64,000 nucleotides of DNA, taken from positions 25,547-89,546 of the forward strand of contig MEXN01000003.1 of the NCBI GenBank assembly GCA_001773695.1, given 5' to 3'. Made by a program: the position numbers and the translations under genes. This stretch comes from Candidatus Amesbacteria bacterium RIFCSPLOWO2_01_FULL_48_25. Its GTDB lineage: Bacteria > Patescibacteriota > Microgenomatia > CAZETR01 > Amesbacteraceae. Below are positions 1 to 9,415 of this stretch, in pieces. The notes under the pieces were generated by a model. It searched no databases. It saw only the letters and a program-made list of their open reading frames with translations, and was not told the DNA's origin. Numbering within the stretch: the first letter of the stretch is position 1; each line of letters begins with the position of its first letter.

Positions 1-1477
1 TGAGGTATTTTTTACCGGTTGGCAGATTTGCCACCGTGTCTGCCATCTCGCGGTCTACAACAAATTTGATCTTGTCTAAGCCATTTATCCAATACCAATT
101 GGCATGAAAATCCCATGAAGCATGGGCTTGAAAATCGGCCGGGTCCCACGGCCAATAGAAGGCCACGAATTCATGCGGCTCACCATAGCGCTTTGTAAAA
201 ATAATTTGATCATAATCTAGATAATGATTCTTGACATAATTGACGGCTGCTTTGTAACCAAATTGCCAGCTTTGGGAATAATTGACCGGATATTTCATGA
301 GGTAATTTTCCAAATACAAATCGAGGGAAATAAAAAAGGAAATTAGGATTGCAAAAATATAAATTTTGCGGAAACGTGTTTTCAGTCGGCGCCATGACCA
401 CCATACTCCCCAAGCTGATATGAGAACCAACGGGGGAATCATTAAGTTGGACCGAATAACAGCAAACTCGTCCCGAGTAATGGCCGCAGGGAATGGAGCC
501 AGAAACAGCCAAGCCAGTAAAAGTTTGTCCGAGGGAGATGATGATTTTAATTTAAACAAAATTAGGGTTAAACCGAGATAAAAGAACACAGCTTCCGGCC
601 AGAGGAGAACGCCAAACCCCGGCAGACTGTACTGAAATTGCGTGCCACCGGAGAGAGCTAAGAATTGGGGAGAGAAATATCCCAGGAAATGGGAAGCGAA
701 TTGACTGGCTAAATAAGCCGGTCGGTTGTAAATCAGCCGGGGAAATGGAGCCGGGAGAGAAGAGGCGACTCGGGACTGCTCAATCCCGGAAATGACTCCA
801 GGGTCTAAAATCCCCACCCAATTGCCGCGAGCCAGGGATGTGGGAGAAAGAAGAATCAATTCAGAAAGACCAAGAACAGCCAGTATAAAAAATATGTGCC
901 GACGGAAATATACCAAGAGAAAGATAGCAAATAAGGGAATTAAGATACGCGCGTTGTGGTATGAGAATAAACTGAGACCTAGAAACAGAAATGATAGACG
1001 AAAACTAGATCGAAGATAAAGAGCTAAAAAAATACTCATTAAAAATAGGGCCCAGTTGGATTGGAATACGGCGCGGGAAGGAAACAATGCCCAGGGCGTA
1101 ATGGCGAAGAGGAGGGAAGCTAATAATGCAAGTTTGAAGTTTTTGCGCCAGTAATAAGCGGCGGCAAAAATTGGGATAACGCCAACCGTGCCTATCAAAG
1201 CATGAGGAAATCGTGCGGTAAAATCGGTGGGGCCGAATAAAAACACGAAAGGAACAGTAAAGTAGAGATTTATCGGGGCCGGATAGTCACCATAGGCTCG
1301 AAATGAAACTAGCGGAAGAACTTGACCCCACTGGTCCCTGCCGGTTCGTAATAAAGAATAGGCGTTGTAGGCATGGCTCACCTCATCCCAATTGAGACTG
1401 GGTGGAAATTTGTCCAGATAAACCACCCGGAGAAAAATGGCCAATATTAAAATCAGGAAGAGATAAGTTTTTTGCAT
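1..1477 (-). CDS. GT-C membrane glycosyltransferase, ArnT/PMT (GT39-like) family A. Partial: the C-terminus runs off the window start.
   Basis: Not in the ORF track because there is no stop inside the window. I translated the minus strand by hand from the ATG at 1477: MQKTYLFLILILAIFLRVVYLDKFPPSLNWDEVSHAYNAYSLLRTGRDQWGQ...FSYHNARILIPLF...KRYGEPHEFVAFYWPWDP. It stays open to position 1. The NWDE..YNAYSLL.TGRD..G and SYH.ARI motifs match the paralogs at 3021..4613 and 6063..7592. Confidence 0.7.
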   Translation of the reverse strand, partial: MQKTYLFLILILAIFLRVVYLDKFPPSLNWDEVSHAYNAYSLLRTGRDQWGQVLPLVSFRAYGDYPAPINLYFTVPFVFLFGPTDFTARFPHALIGTVGVIPIFAAAYYWRKNFKLALLASLLFAITPWALFPSRAVFQSNWALFLMSIFLALYLRSSFRLSFLFLGLSLFSYHNARILIPLFAIFLLVYFRRHIFFILAVLGLSELILLSPTSLARGNWVGILDPGVISGIEQSRVASSLPAPFPRLIYNRPAYLASQFASHFLGYFSPQFLALSGGTQFQYSLPGFGVLLWPEAVFFYLGLTLILFKLKSSSPSDKLLLAWLFLAPFPAAITRDEFAVIRSNLMIPPLVLISAWGVWWSWRRLKTRFRKIYIFAILISFFISLDLYLENYLMKYPVNYSQSWQFGYKAAVNYVKNHYLDYDQIIFTKRYGEPHEFVAFYWPWDPADFQAHASWDFHANWYWINGLDKIKFVVDREMADTVANLPTGKKYL

Positions 1478-3024
1478 ACTATTCCCAACAGGGCTGTCGC
1501 GCTAATAAGGTTACCCAAAATGCGGGGAAGGGTGTCTTTAAACTGCAGGTTGACCAAATGATCACCCTTGGGAATACGGGCGGTAACTAACCCTAGGTTC
1601 CCACTGGGAAACACAGGAATTTCCCGACCGTCGATTATTGCGGTCCAATTGGGAAAATAAACGACCGGAAAGGATATTTTGGCGTACTCCGGCTCAACTA
1701 AAATCTTATAAACCCCAGTATCCAACAATTTTGAATAACCATTGCCAATGCGAATGGTGGGAGTTGCGGGAGCAAATTTGGTTGGCAGACTGGGGGCAGA
1801 TTGGGGCCAAAAGTCTGGAAGCGCAGATGACCTCTGTTCGTCCCAGAGTGGGCCACTAAATTGTTCTTTGTCGGTAATGCTTCTCCAGATATCCGGGCGG
1901 AAAAAGGAAAAGTTGATTAAAATAACTAAGGAAACCAAGGCGATTGAGGCAATTTTGGAATAATTTTTGGGAATTAAATTTACGATGGCTCCTGAAGACA
2001 GCGATAAAAATAGAGAGGAAATGGATAAGAAGCGCCAGGGAAACTGGATAAATTTCATGGGCTGGAGATAATTCCATATTGGAGAAGACTTACCGTGGGT
2101 TAGAAAGAGGGCGAGCACGCCAAGAGCGAAAAACAAAAGAAAGTTAGTAGAAGCTTCTTTAAATTTTCTAGTGACTATGATACCGATAATAATTAGTGGT
2201 ACTATCCAATGCAGGTGACCGGCAGAAACGCTTAAGAATTTTTGGGCCCACAGAGAAGCGCCATAGCCCCAAAACCGAGAAACGAACAGCTCGCGCAGGG
2301 TAGTGAAATGGATACGATAGTTGTAATAATCTTGAGTTGTATTGGCCAGAGTAATCAGTCGGCTTTCAAAAATAACTGGCAGAAGATAGAAAGCGGACAA
2401 CAAGAGACTAAAAAGCCCGGCTGGTATAAACTTGAGGTCGCGGCTTTTATAAAGCCAGAACGCGGCCAAAAACGGCAGAAACATAAAAACCGAAAGGTTG
2501 TGAGTCAATATGAGTGCGGCTAGAGATAGAGAAAATAACAAGTACTTTTTTCGATCAACTAATAGCAGAACGATGGGAAAGAGAACAAAAGAAAGAGCTT
2601 CCGGAAGAGCACCACGAACCCAAACATCGACTGAGCGATAAGGGGCGTAAATATAAAATATGGCCGATATTATGCCCCCGAAACTACCCCAATAAGTTCT
2701 TGCGAATATAAACATGGTAAATGCGGAAAGAACGAGGGATAAAATGAAGAGTAGCTTTACCGTATCAATAATCTGAAAACCAAGGGAATGGATAATTTCG
2801 CCTATCCAGTAAGGGAGCTGGCCATAATAATTGAAAACCGGTTCACCATAACCCAAACCCGCGTCAGGAGCCCAGCGGCAGGGAAAAGTTTTGGCCCGAA
2901 TGCATTTGTCAAACTCATATTGGCGAAATACATGGAAATCGTGCATGGTGTAAATTCCGGGCCGAAGCATAAGAGAAAATGAGGGGAAAGATAGTAGAAG
3001 TAACAAGAGTAGGGTTTTCCTCAT
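1453..3024 (-). CDS. Polytopic membrane protein of the MHD...GYG(Y/E)P family (putative GT-C-type transferase; possibly PF10131/YfhO-like)
   Basis: 523 aa with many TM helices. N-terminal motif MHDFHVFRQYEFDKC...PCRWAPDAGLGYGEPVFNYYGQLPY is shared with the paralog at 26111..27778. The 4-nt ATGA start overlaps the stop of the upstream gene. Confidence 0.55.
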   Translation of the reverse strand: MRKTLLLLLLLSFPSFSLMLRPGIYTMHDFHVFRQYEFDKCIRAKTFPCRWAPDAGLGYGEPVFNYYGQLPYWIGEIIHSLGFQIIDTVKLLFILSLVLSAFTMFIFARTYWGSFGGIISAIFYIYAPYRSVDVWVRGALPEALSFVLFPIVLLLVDRKKYLLFSLSLAALILTHNLSVFMFLPFLAAFWLYKSRDLKFIPAGLFSLLLSAFYLLPVIFESRLITLANTTQDYYNYRIHFTTLRELFVSRFWGYGASLWAQKFLSVSAGHLHWIVPLIIIGIIVTRKFKEASTNFLLFFALGVLALFLTHGKSSPIWNYLQPMKFIQFPWRFLSISSLFLSLSSGAIVNLIPKNYSKIASIALVSLVILINFSFFRPDIWRSITDKEQFSGPLWDEQRSSALPDFWPQSAPSLPTKFAPATPTIRIGNGYSKLLDTGVYKILVEPEYAKISFPVVYFPNWTAIIDGREIPVFPSGNLGLVTARIPKGDHLVNLQFKDTLPRILGNLISATALLGIVCKKLISS

Positions 3025-4613
3025 GGCGTTTTTTCGGCGATTTTTATAGCCGGTGTTCCGTTGGGGTAGTCCACATGGAAGTATTCGGGGTAATTTTCTG
3101 GAAACTGAGAAGGGGGGCCGATAAATAAAGTAGGGCGAGTAACAGGCTCAGAAAACTTGAGGTCTCCAAATCTAAATTTGCCTAAATAGTAGCCGTCCAA
3201 TTGATCTAGAAAGCGAAGTCCTTTGGCTTCAAAATCCAACCAGGCCGTTGACTCCTTTTGATACTCCTTTGGCGGATAGGCTGAATAAAAAGCGAGAAAA
3301 ATGTGCGACTCGGAGAAAATGCGGCTGACTCTAACGTCTGTAAATCTGTCGGAAATAGGTAAGCCTCGGGAAATGGCTTGGCGCCAACCGTATGACATGG
3401 CTGGTCCGTTAACCGAGGGGGCCAAGTAAATATAACGAAAGCCAAAATATGCTAAAGATACTAAATAAGCACCTGCGATAAAAAAAATGATTTTTTTGCG
3501 AGACCATATTTGCACAAATCCAATGGCTGCAGCCAAGACAAAAAACGGGGTCATGATGGCGGCGCGATTGGCGGCAAAGCCGGAGCTCTTGGATAGGGCT
3601 GCCGGAACGGGGGCTAGACCCAATAAAAGAATTAACAATAGCTGTGACCGAGTGGGCCGGCGGATAAATTGGGTCAGGAATACCCCCAACAACGGCAACT
3701 CGATTAGATAAAGGAGCCCGAGGCCCGGAAGCATGCCGTAAGTAGCCTCGGCTGGACCGGTAGCAAAAAGCGACGAAGGAGAAAAGTAAACCAAGTAGTT
3801 GTGAACGAACTGGGATAGGACGTTGGTCGCTTTGTTGGAAAATGTGCGGGCGACAAAATCCGGAAGCCCAAGGTTTCTGGCCACGAAACGATCCGTGGCC
3901 ACACTATGCCAGTTGTCCGTAGGACTTAGAATACTTACGTCCGCTACCCGCGGACCGAAAAAAGACCACAGGCCCGGGATAAATAACAGAAGCAGGATGG
4001 GGAAAGACTTGTGAGCCGTCAGGCGGACGGGTTTGTACCACCAGAGAAGGGCCAATATAACCGGGGTGAGTATTCGAGCGGAATGGTAGGAATAGAAGGA
4101 TAGTGCGAAGTACAAAGTACTAAGGGCTAAGCGCTGGGACAGAAAGAGATAAATGGCCAGGGGAATAAAAAGGGTGGCCAAATTAGCTTCAAAGGCGCCA
4201 CGGGAGAGCTGGATGTGCCATGGCGAAATCGCAAGGATAAACGAAGCCAGTAGAGGGAATAGCTCTCCCCTCATGAATTTTCGAGCCAGCAAATATATTG
4301 CTGCTATAGCCAAAGATCCAAATATTGCGTTGGGGAGGCGGGTGGCAAATTCGGTTAGGCCGAAGATTTTGACCGTGGGCACGGCCAAATAGGCATAGAG
4401 GGGTAACTTATAGTCACCAAAGGAACGCAAGTTGATAAAAAATAGTTCGTACCAAGGCTGGCCCCATTCGTCCCGGCCGGTAAGAAGTAATGAATAAGCA
4501 TTGTAGCCAAACGCGGCCTCATCCGGGGTAAACCCAGCGGGATAGTTGGATAAGCCAAAGACACGTATAAGTAATCCCAAAACGCAGATACACACCAACA
4601 CTACTTTTCTCAC
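3021..4613 (-). CDS. GT-C membrane glycosyltransferase, ArnT/PMT-like family A
   Basis: 530 aa. N-terminal TM helix then TPDEAAFGYNAYSLLLTGRDEWGQPW (the DE loop motif of ArnT/PMT_2 enzymes), FYSYHSARI, and many TM helices. Confidence 0.75.
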   Translation of the reverse strand: MRKVVLVCICVLGLLIRVFGLSNYPAGFTPDEAAFGYNAYSLLLTGRDEWGQPWYELFFINLRSFGDYKLPLYAYLAVPTVKIFGLTEFATRLPNAIFGSLAIAAIYLLARKFMRGELFPLLASFILAISPWHIQLSRGAFEANLATLFIPLAIYLFLSQRLALSTLYFALSFYSYHSARILTPVILALLWWYKPVRLTAHKSFPILLLLFIPGLWSFFGPRVADVSILSPTDNWHSVATDRFVARNLGLPDFVARTFSNKATNVLSQFVHNYLVYFSPSSLFATGPAEATYGMLPGLGLLYLIELPLLGVFLTQFIRRPTRSQLLLILLLGLAPVPAALSKSSGFAANRAAIMTPFFVLAAAIGFVQIWSRKKIIFFIAGAYLVSLAYFGFRYIYLAPSVNGPAMSYGWRQAISRGLPISDRFTDVRVSRIFSESHIFLAFYSAYPPKEYQKESTAWLDFEAKGLRFLDQLDGYYLGKFRFGDLKFSEPVTRPTLFIGPPSQFPENYPEYFHVDYPNGTPAIKIAEKTP

Positions 4614-4641
4614 GATTCAATTATAATGATATTTACCTGGA

Positions 4642-6078
4642 ATGGCCAAGTTTTTAAAATATATAGTTTGGGGAGGGGTACTAGTCAGGATCGGTTTATC
4701 TCTCTTGGTTCCGTTAGACGTGTCTGTACTCCAGGCTAAACTATTTTATCCCGACCCAAATGACCCATTTGTGGTGAGCCGGGTGTTGGTGAGAGGATGG
4801 GGAAAAATAACGGGGACAGGAACATATCAGACGGCTGGAATGGGTTTAATTATATTTTTGACATTGGTTTACTTAGTTTATAAGTCGATAAGTCACAAAA
4901 TCCCAGAGTCCCCCACTTGGTTGGTGGTGTTGGCTGCCATCTTTAATCCCTGGTTAAATTATTTGGCAGTTTTCCACTGGCAAGAAAGTTTGAGCTTGAT
5001 TTTTGCACTAATGTTTTGGCTGGACAAGGATAATTTTCGGCGGATGGCGTGGGTAATACTTCTGAGTCTGTCCTCTGCCAGTGGATTTGTTTTAGGGTTG
5101 GGTGTTTTGTTACTTTGGATACTTAGACAGCCAAAAATATTAAATCTGGTTCCGGTCCTTATTGTCCTTCTCTGGTTTGGGAGCAGATGGGATTTATTGG
5201 GGCCTTATTTTGAATCCAGCCCGATAAAAGAGCTGACACCGAAATACTTGGGAGGGCAGGTTGACGAGATTCAGAAAAATATATTTTTGGGATCGCAAAA
5301 AAAAATTATATATCCGGCAATTATAAGAAAGATCGTTTTTAATAAAGTAGTTTTGGGTGTTGATAAACTTCTGGGTAACGCTATAGGAGTCGTGGACTTT
5401 ACCCAATGGACGGCACCAGTGTCTGCCATGTCTGTTACCCGATTGTCCGGATTGCCCCCAAAGGGAATATTTACCCAAATGTATTATTGGGAATTGCCGA
5501 TATTAATTTACGGCGCTTGGTCGGCATGGAAAGAGAAGGAGCGGAAAATGTGGTGGGTTGTCTTTTTGGCCATAATACCTGCTTTATTTTGGGAAAAAAG
5601 GTGGTTCTACTTATCCGCATATGGTCTGATCCCTATTTTTGTGTGGTTGACAATGCGAGCAGTAACCCGAATGCCCTGGAAGGTAATATTCGTGGTTGGC
5701 GGGTTATATTGTGTGAGCGGGTTTTATTTTTGGAAACAGTTTTATTTCAACCCGGTTTCATATAGATCCAGTGATGTTTATTTGTATAAACAAATCAACC
5801 TGTGGGTCAGGAAAAATCAAGATAGATATCAAAAAATTATGATTACTAATATGTTTGGGCCGGCGGATTTTATGAACTTGTTTTACGGGGGAATCGACAA
5901 AACCAAAATGGCGTATGGAGAATTTGACCTACGAAAAAATGAGCCCGTTTCCGGTATGGTATATATCGGACTGCCGGGACAGTTTAAACCCGAACATTCA
6001 AACAGAGATATCGAAGTTATTAATTCCGAAGATGAACTTGTTTACAGATACGGGAAAGGATTATGGGTACTAAAGTAA
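4642..6078 (+). CDS. Polytopic membrane protein, function unknown (GT-C-like context)
   Basis: 478 aa, hydrophobic throughout with a soluble C-terminal segment. One of the few plus-strand genes. Its end overlaps the start of 6063..7592 by 16 nt. Confidence 0.45.
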   Translation: MAKFLKYIVWGGVLVRIGLSLLVPLDVSVLQAKLFYPDPNDPFVVSRVLVRGWGKITGTGTYQTAGMGLIIFLTLVYLVYKSISHKIPESPTWLVVLAAIFNPWLNYLAVFHWQESLSLIFALMFWLDKDNFRRMAWVILLSLSSASGFVLGLGVLLLWILRQPKILNLVPVLIVLLWFGSRWDLLGPYFESSPIKELTPKYLGGQVDEIQKNIFLGSQKKIIYPAIIRKIVFNKVVLGVDKLLGNAIGVVDFTQWTAPVSAMSVTRLSGLPPKGIFTQMYYWELPILIYGAWSAWKEKERKMWWVVFLAIIPALFWEKRWFYLSAYGLIPIFVWLTMRAVTRMPWKVIFVVGGLYCVSGFYFWKQFYFNPVSYRSSDVYLYKQINLWVRKNQDRYQKIMITNMFGPADFMNLFYGGIDKTKMAYGEFDLRKNEPVSGMVYIGLPGQFKPEHSNRDIEVINSEDELVYRYGKGLWVLK

Positions 6079-7592
6079 AATATTTAATTTGGATTTTGCC
6101 GGTAATACTAGCTGTGTTTGCCAGGTTTAGTTTTGCAGCTTTTTCACCGCCGTCTGTTAATTGGGACGAAGCGGCTTTTGGATACAACGCGTATAGCCTA
6201 CTTCTGACCGGAAAAGATGAGTATGGTTATAAATTGCCTCTGGCCTTTAGATCATTTGACGAATATAAACCGCCTCTATATGTTTACCTTTCGGTGCCGT
6301 TTATAAAGTTTATGGGGCTAAATGACATAAGTGTCCGGATGGTTTCTAGGGTGAGCGGGATCTTTGGTGTTATATTGATTATGGTCGTCGCTACACTGAT
6401 AACTCGAAACTGGATGGTCGGGCTCATTGGGGGTTTTCTAGCAGCGGTTGAGCCGTGGGTTCTTATGTTTTCCCGGATGGGGGTCGAGGCGACCTTGTCC
6501 TTGACGTTATTTTTGATTTGTCTGGCTTGGTTAATAAAAGCGGAAAAACAAAGTAGGTATTATTACTGGGCATTAGTTACGGCTGGAATAAATACTCTGG
6601 CGTACCACTCGGCTAAGGTGTATTTCGGCATAATCGCGGTCTACGTTCTGACTAGAGTCGGGCGGGATACTAAAAAACTTATTAGAACGGGTGCGGTTAT
6701 TTTGTTGGCTGGCGGCCCTATGATTTGGGGTCTGTTTACCGGATCGACACTAGCTCGGTTTAATTACACCAGTATCTTAACTTTGGCCAAAGATCGGCCA
6801 ATGTTCGTTTTTGTAGGCGAGGTGGTGAACAGATATTTTTCGTATTTCAATCCGACAAATCTATTTGTGAGGGGGAGTAATGAAACGGGACAGAAATTAG
6901 AAGGTTTTGCACCCTACATGAAAATAGAATTTGTCTTCTGGATTGTGGGTTTATGCATCGTAATTTCTGACAAGAAGCTTTCGCTTTTAAAAAAATGGCT
7001 GCTTGTGGGAGCGATACCGGCGATGATTACCTGGAGCTGGTTTTCGCTGGTGCGGATATTGCCACTATTGGCCGCTTTTACCATAGTTATCGCCATAGGC
7101 ATGACAAAACTTCTTAAGAAACGGGTCTTGGGGGTACTCTTCGTGGGTTTTTTAGTAATCAATACGGTATGGGTGTTGTCCAGCGTGTGGTTTACCACAC
7201 CTTATTTTCAATACGGGGATTGGCAGTGGGGATTTAGAGAAGTGGTGGAAGTGATCAAGCCGATTGAAAAGGACTATGACTGGATAGTGTGGGAGTCGCC
7301 CCATGCCCAACCGCATATTTTGACACTGTTTTACTGGAACTACCCGCCTAATCAATATCACAAAGACATCGTGTCCCCCGAGTCTATACCCTCACCTAGA
7401 CTAAGTTTTGATTTTGGAAAGTTCAGATTCCGAAAAATTTATTGGCCGGAAGACAGAGGCTTGAAGAAAGTCTTATTTGTAGGCGGAGTTTATTCATTAC
7501 CGGAGTCCGACCTGGCTCGGGATCAGGTAAAGATAATTAAAGACATTATCGACCCGCAAGGGTATGTATCTTTCCGGATTGCAGGAACTTGA
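6063..7592 (+). CDS. GT-C membrane glycosyltransferase, ArnT/PMT-like family A
   Basis: 509 aa. SVNWDEAAFGYNAYSLLLTGKDEYGYKLPL, AYHSAKVYF. Paralog of 3021..4613 and 1..1477. Confidence 0.75.
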   Translation: MGTKVKYLIWILPVILAVFARFSFAAFSPPSVNWDEAAFGYNAYSLLLTGKDEYGYKLPLAFRSFDEYKPPLYVYLSVPFIKFMGLNDISVRMVSRVSGIFGVILIMVVATLITRNWMVGLIGGFLAAVEPWVLMFSRMGVEATLSLTLFLICLAWLIKAEKQSRYYYWALVTAGINTLAYHSAKVYFGIIAVYVLTRVGRDTKKLIRTGAVILLAGGPMIWGLFTGSTLARFNYTSILTLAKDRPMFVFVGEVVNRYFSYFNPTNLFVRGSNETGQKLEGFAPYMKIEFVFWIVGLCIVISDKKLSLLKKWLLVGAIPAMITWSWFSLVRILPLLAAFTIVIAIGMTKLLKKRVLGVLFVGFLVINTVWVLSSVWFTTPYFQYGDWQWGFREVVEVIKPIEKDYDWIVWESPHAQPHILTLFYWNYPPNQYHKDIVSPESIPSPRLSFDFGKFRFRKIYWPEDRGLKKVLFVGGVYSLPESDLARDQVKIIKDIIDPQGYVSFRIAGT

Positions 7593-8229
7593 GAGAAAGA
7601 AAATAAAGCACAACTAATGTACCTGGAAAAACGACTAAAAACCTGGCTGACAAAGTTTGGGACACGAGTCTTAAAAACAGATCCTGGAGGAGGACAAATT
7701 TGTTTTCCGGACGGTAAAAAAGCTGGAAGGACAAATCCCCTGTCTCCTGGATGTCTTGTGAAGCGCCGGCCTGGTACGTATCTGAATTGGAAAATCCGGC
7801 TTCAATAATGTTCGATCCAAAATTCGTCTGAGGCGCTTCGAGGCGGATAACGAATTTCTTCCCAGCTGAGTCGAGTATGGGGGGAAACTGGAACCTGATT
7901 GTCTCGCCGTCCCCGATGTTTCGACCGCTGATAGTTAGCTGGCGGAGAACTTGGTTTTGGGCGTCGGTAAGATAAAATATTAACGGGTCGGTATTGAGAA
8001 GCATTTTGTTACGTAGATAAATTACAGCCGTATTAAAGCCATTATTCACTGGAATTATGGATTGGATTACTGCGTGGGTTCGGGTGATTGGGACTAGTTT
8101 TTCGCTGACCTCTTGGGATGAGTCTGGAATCCGCTTGACGGCAAAAACTGTTAAGAAAATAAGAATAAAAATCGGAGTTATCAGATAGATTAGACCTAAC
8201 GGAAACAGGATTTTAGGATTAAGTTTCAT
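7546..8229 (-). CDS. Hypothetical protein with an N-terminal membrane anchor
   Basis: 227 aa. N-terminal TM helix (ILFPLGLIYLITPIFILIFLTVFAV) followed by a soluble domain. No recognisable catalytic motif. Confidence 0.4.
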   Translation of the reverse strand: MKLNPKILFPLGLIYLITPIFILIFLTVFAVKRIPDSSQEVSEKLVPITRTHAVIQSIIPVNNGFNTAVIYLRNKMLLNTDPLIFYLTDAQNQVLRQLTISGRNIGDGETIRFQFPPILDSAGKKFVIRLEAPQTNFGSNIIEAGFSNSDTYQAGASQDIQETGDLSFQLFYRPENKFVLLQDLFLRLVSQTLSARFLVVFPGTLVVLYFLSLKFLQSGKIHTLAGR

Positions 8230-9415
8230 ATGTTTCTCTGATAAAAAGTAGGCCGAAAGCTACAAGAGTTGAACGGATAATCGACGCTAACAAGGTGAAG
8301 TCCGGAGGGGGGGTAACGAGGGCTACCAACGGGGGAATTGTCCCCAGATGGGGGTTGAGCGCGGAAAAAAGACCGATAGCTACAAATTGATCTTTTAAAA
8401 GAAGATTTAATCCCAAAGCTGAAAGGAAAATAAATAAGACGGGAGTCAAAAATTGACGGGATCGGGAAACGAAAAGTGTAAAAAAGGGTAGCAACCAAAC
8501 CAGCCATTGAATATGGAATTGAGACAGAAGAATGATTAAAAGCGTCACGGCAGTAAATGACGGCAAGAGAAAGCGTTGTTCTGGCTTTTTGGCAAAATTG
8601 GCAATTATTAGCACATACGCGACAACGAAGAAAATCACCCTTTGATCCGAGACGGCGAATCCGGAGGCAAACAATCGCTGGCCCAGGGAAGATTGGAAGA
8701 CAGAGGCGCGAAAATCAACTGATCCCAAAAACGGTAACATGGGAATGAACATGGTTGCTAACCCGACCGTAAGTGTAATTAAACGCCGTTTCCAGTCGGA
8801 ATTTGAAAACACTACGATAGGTAGCAATAGTATCGGATAGGTCTTGAGGGCTGCCCCCAGCCCTAGGAATATGGCCGACTGGATGTATTGTTTTTTGGAA
8901 GCCAAATTTAGAGCGACGATAGTGGTTAGAGCCGGTAAAATATCAAATTGGCCAATGGCATAAACCCAGTAAAGAACTAGCGGGTTAAAAAGCCACAGCC
9001 ATTTTATTTTTGATTTTTCATCTTCGGAGCGGCCAAAGTTAATGAGAATTTTAACTAAGTAAATTTCGGCAATAAAGTAGGGAATTTTTAAGACTAATAG
9101 ATTTAGAAAGATATTGGGATGGAAAAGGGCCCGGCTGCCCCAATCTGCCAGCCAATTGGTCAAATCCGGTCCGGCAATCACTGATGCAACTTTGTGCCAC
9201 GAACCTAAAAGGAAATAGATAAGAGGAGGATAATTGAAAGTGTCGGTGTAGGGTAGGTGGGGTTTGTTTTGAGATATATAGGAATAAATATTAAAAACAC
9301 CCTGGGAGAGGAAACTGGCTTGGTAATATTGGGTTTTGATGTCTGGATGATATAAAAACGCGGCAAAAAATACGCGCAGCAGCACGGCTAAAAAAATTAA
9401 TTTACTTAACTTCAC
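8219..9415 (-). CDS. Polytopic membrane protein, HPDI family (putative GT-C-type transferase)
   Basis: 398 aa. Starts MKLSKLIFLAVLLRVFFAAFLYHPDIKTQ with a GTG start. Paralog of 16987..18129, sharing HPDI and IGQFDI motifs. More than 10 TM helices. Confidence 0.5.
   Translation of the reverse strand: MKLSKLIFLAVLLRVFFAAFLYHPDIKTQYYQASFLSQGVFNIYSYISQNKPHLPYTDTFNYPPLIYFLLGSWHKVASVIAGPDLTNWLADWGSRALFHPNIFLNLLVLKIPYFIAEIYLVKILINFGRSEDEKSKIKWLWLFNPLVLYWVYAIGQFDILPALTTIVALNLASKKQYIQSAIFLGLGAALKTYPILLLPIVVFSNSDWKRRLITLTVGLATMFIPMLPFLGSVDFRASVFQSSLGQRLFASGFAVSDQRVIFFVVAYVLIIANFAKKPEQRFLLPSFTAVTLLIILLSQFHIQWLVWLLPFFTLFVSRSRQFLTPVLFIFLSALGLNLLLKDQFVAIGLFSALNPHLGTIPPLVALVTPPPDFTLLASIIRSTLVAFGLLFIRETYET

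Noticed and set aside
210-1019. Small ORFs at 210..512(-), 366..581(+) and 792..1019(+) in the first 1.4 kb
   Set aside because: They lie in other frames over the hand-translated partial ArnT-like gene (1..1477, minus), which has family-conserved motifs. They are spurious.
4614-4641. Promoter-like hexamers in short divergent gaps (TATAAT at about 4626-4631; TAATAT at about 35803-35808; tatattata at about 12258-12266)
   Set aside because: They are AT-rich hexamers in very short gaps of an AT-leaning genome. Without a -35 partner at proper spacing or expression data they are not reportable as promoters.
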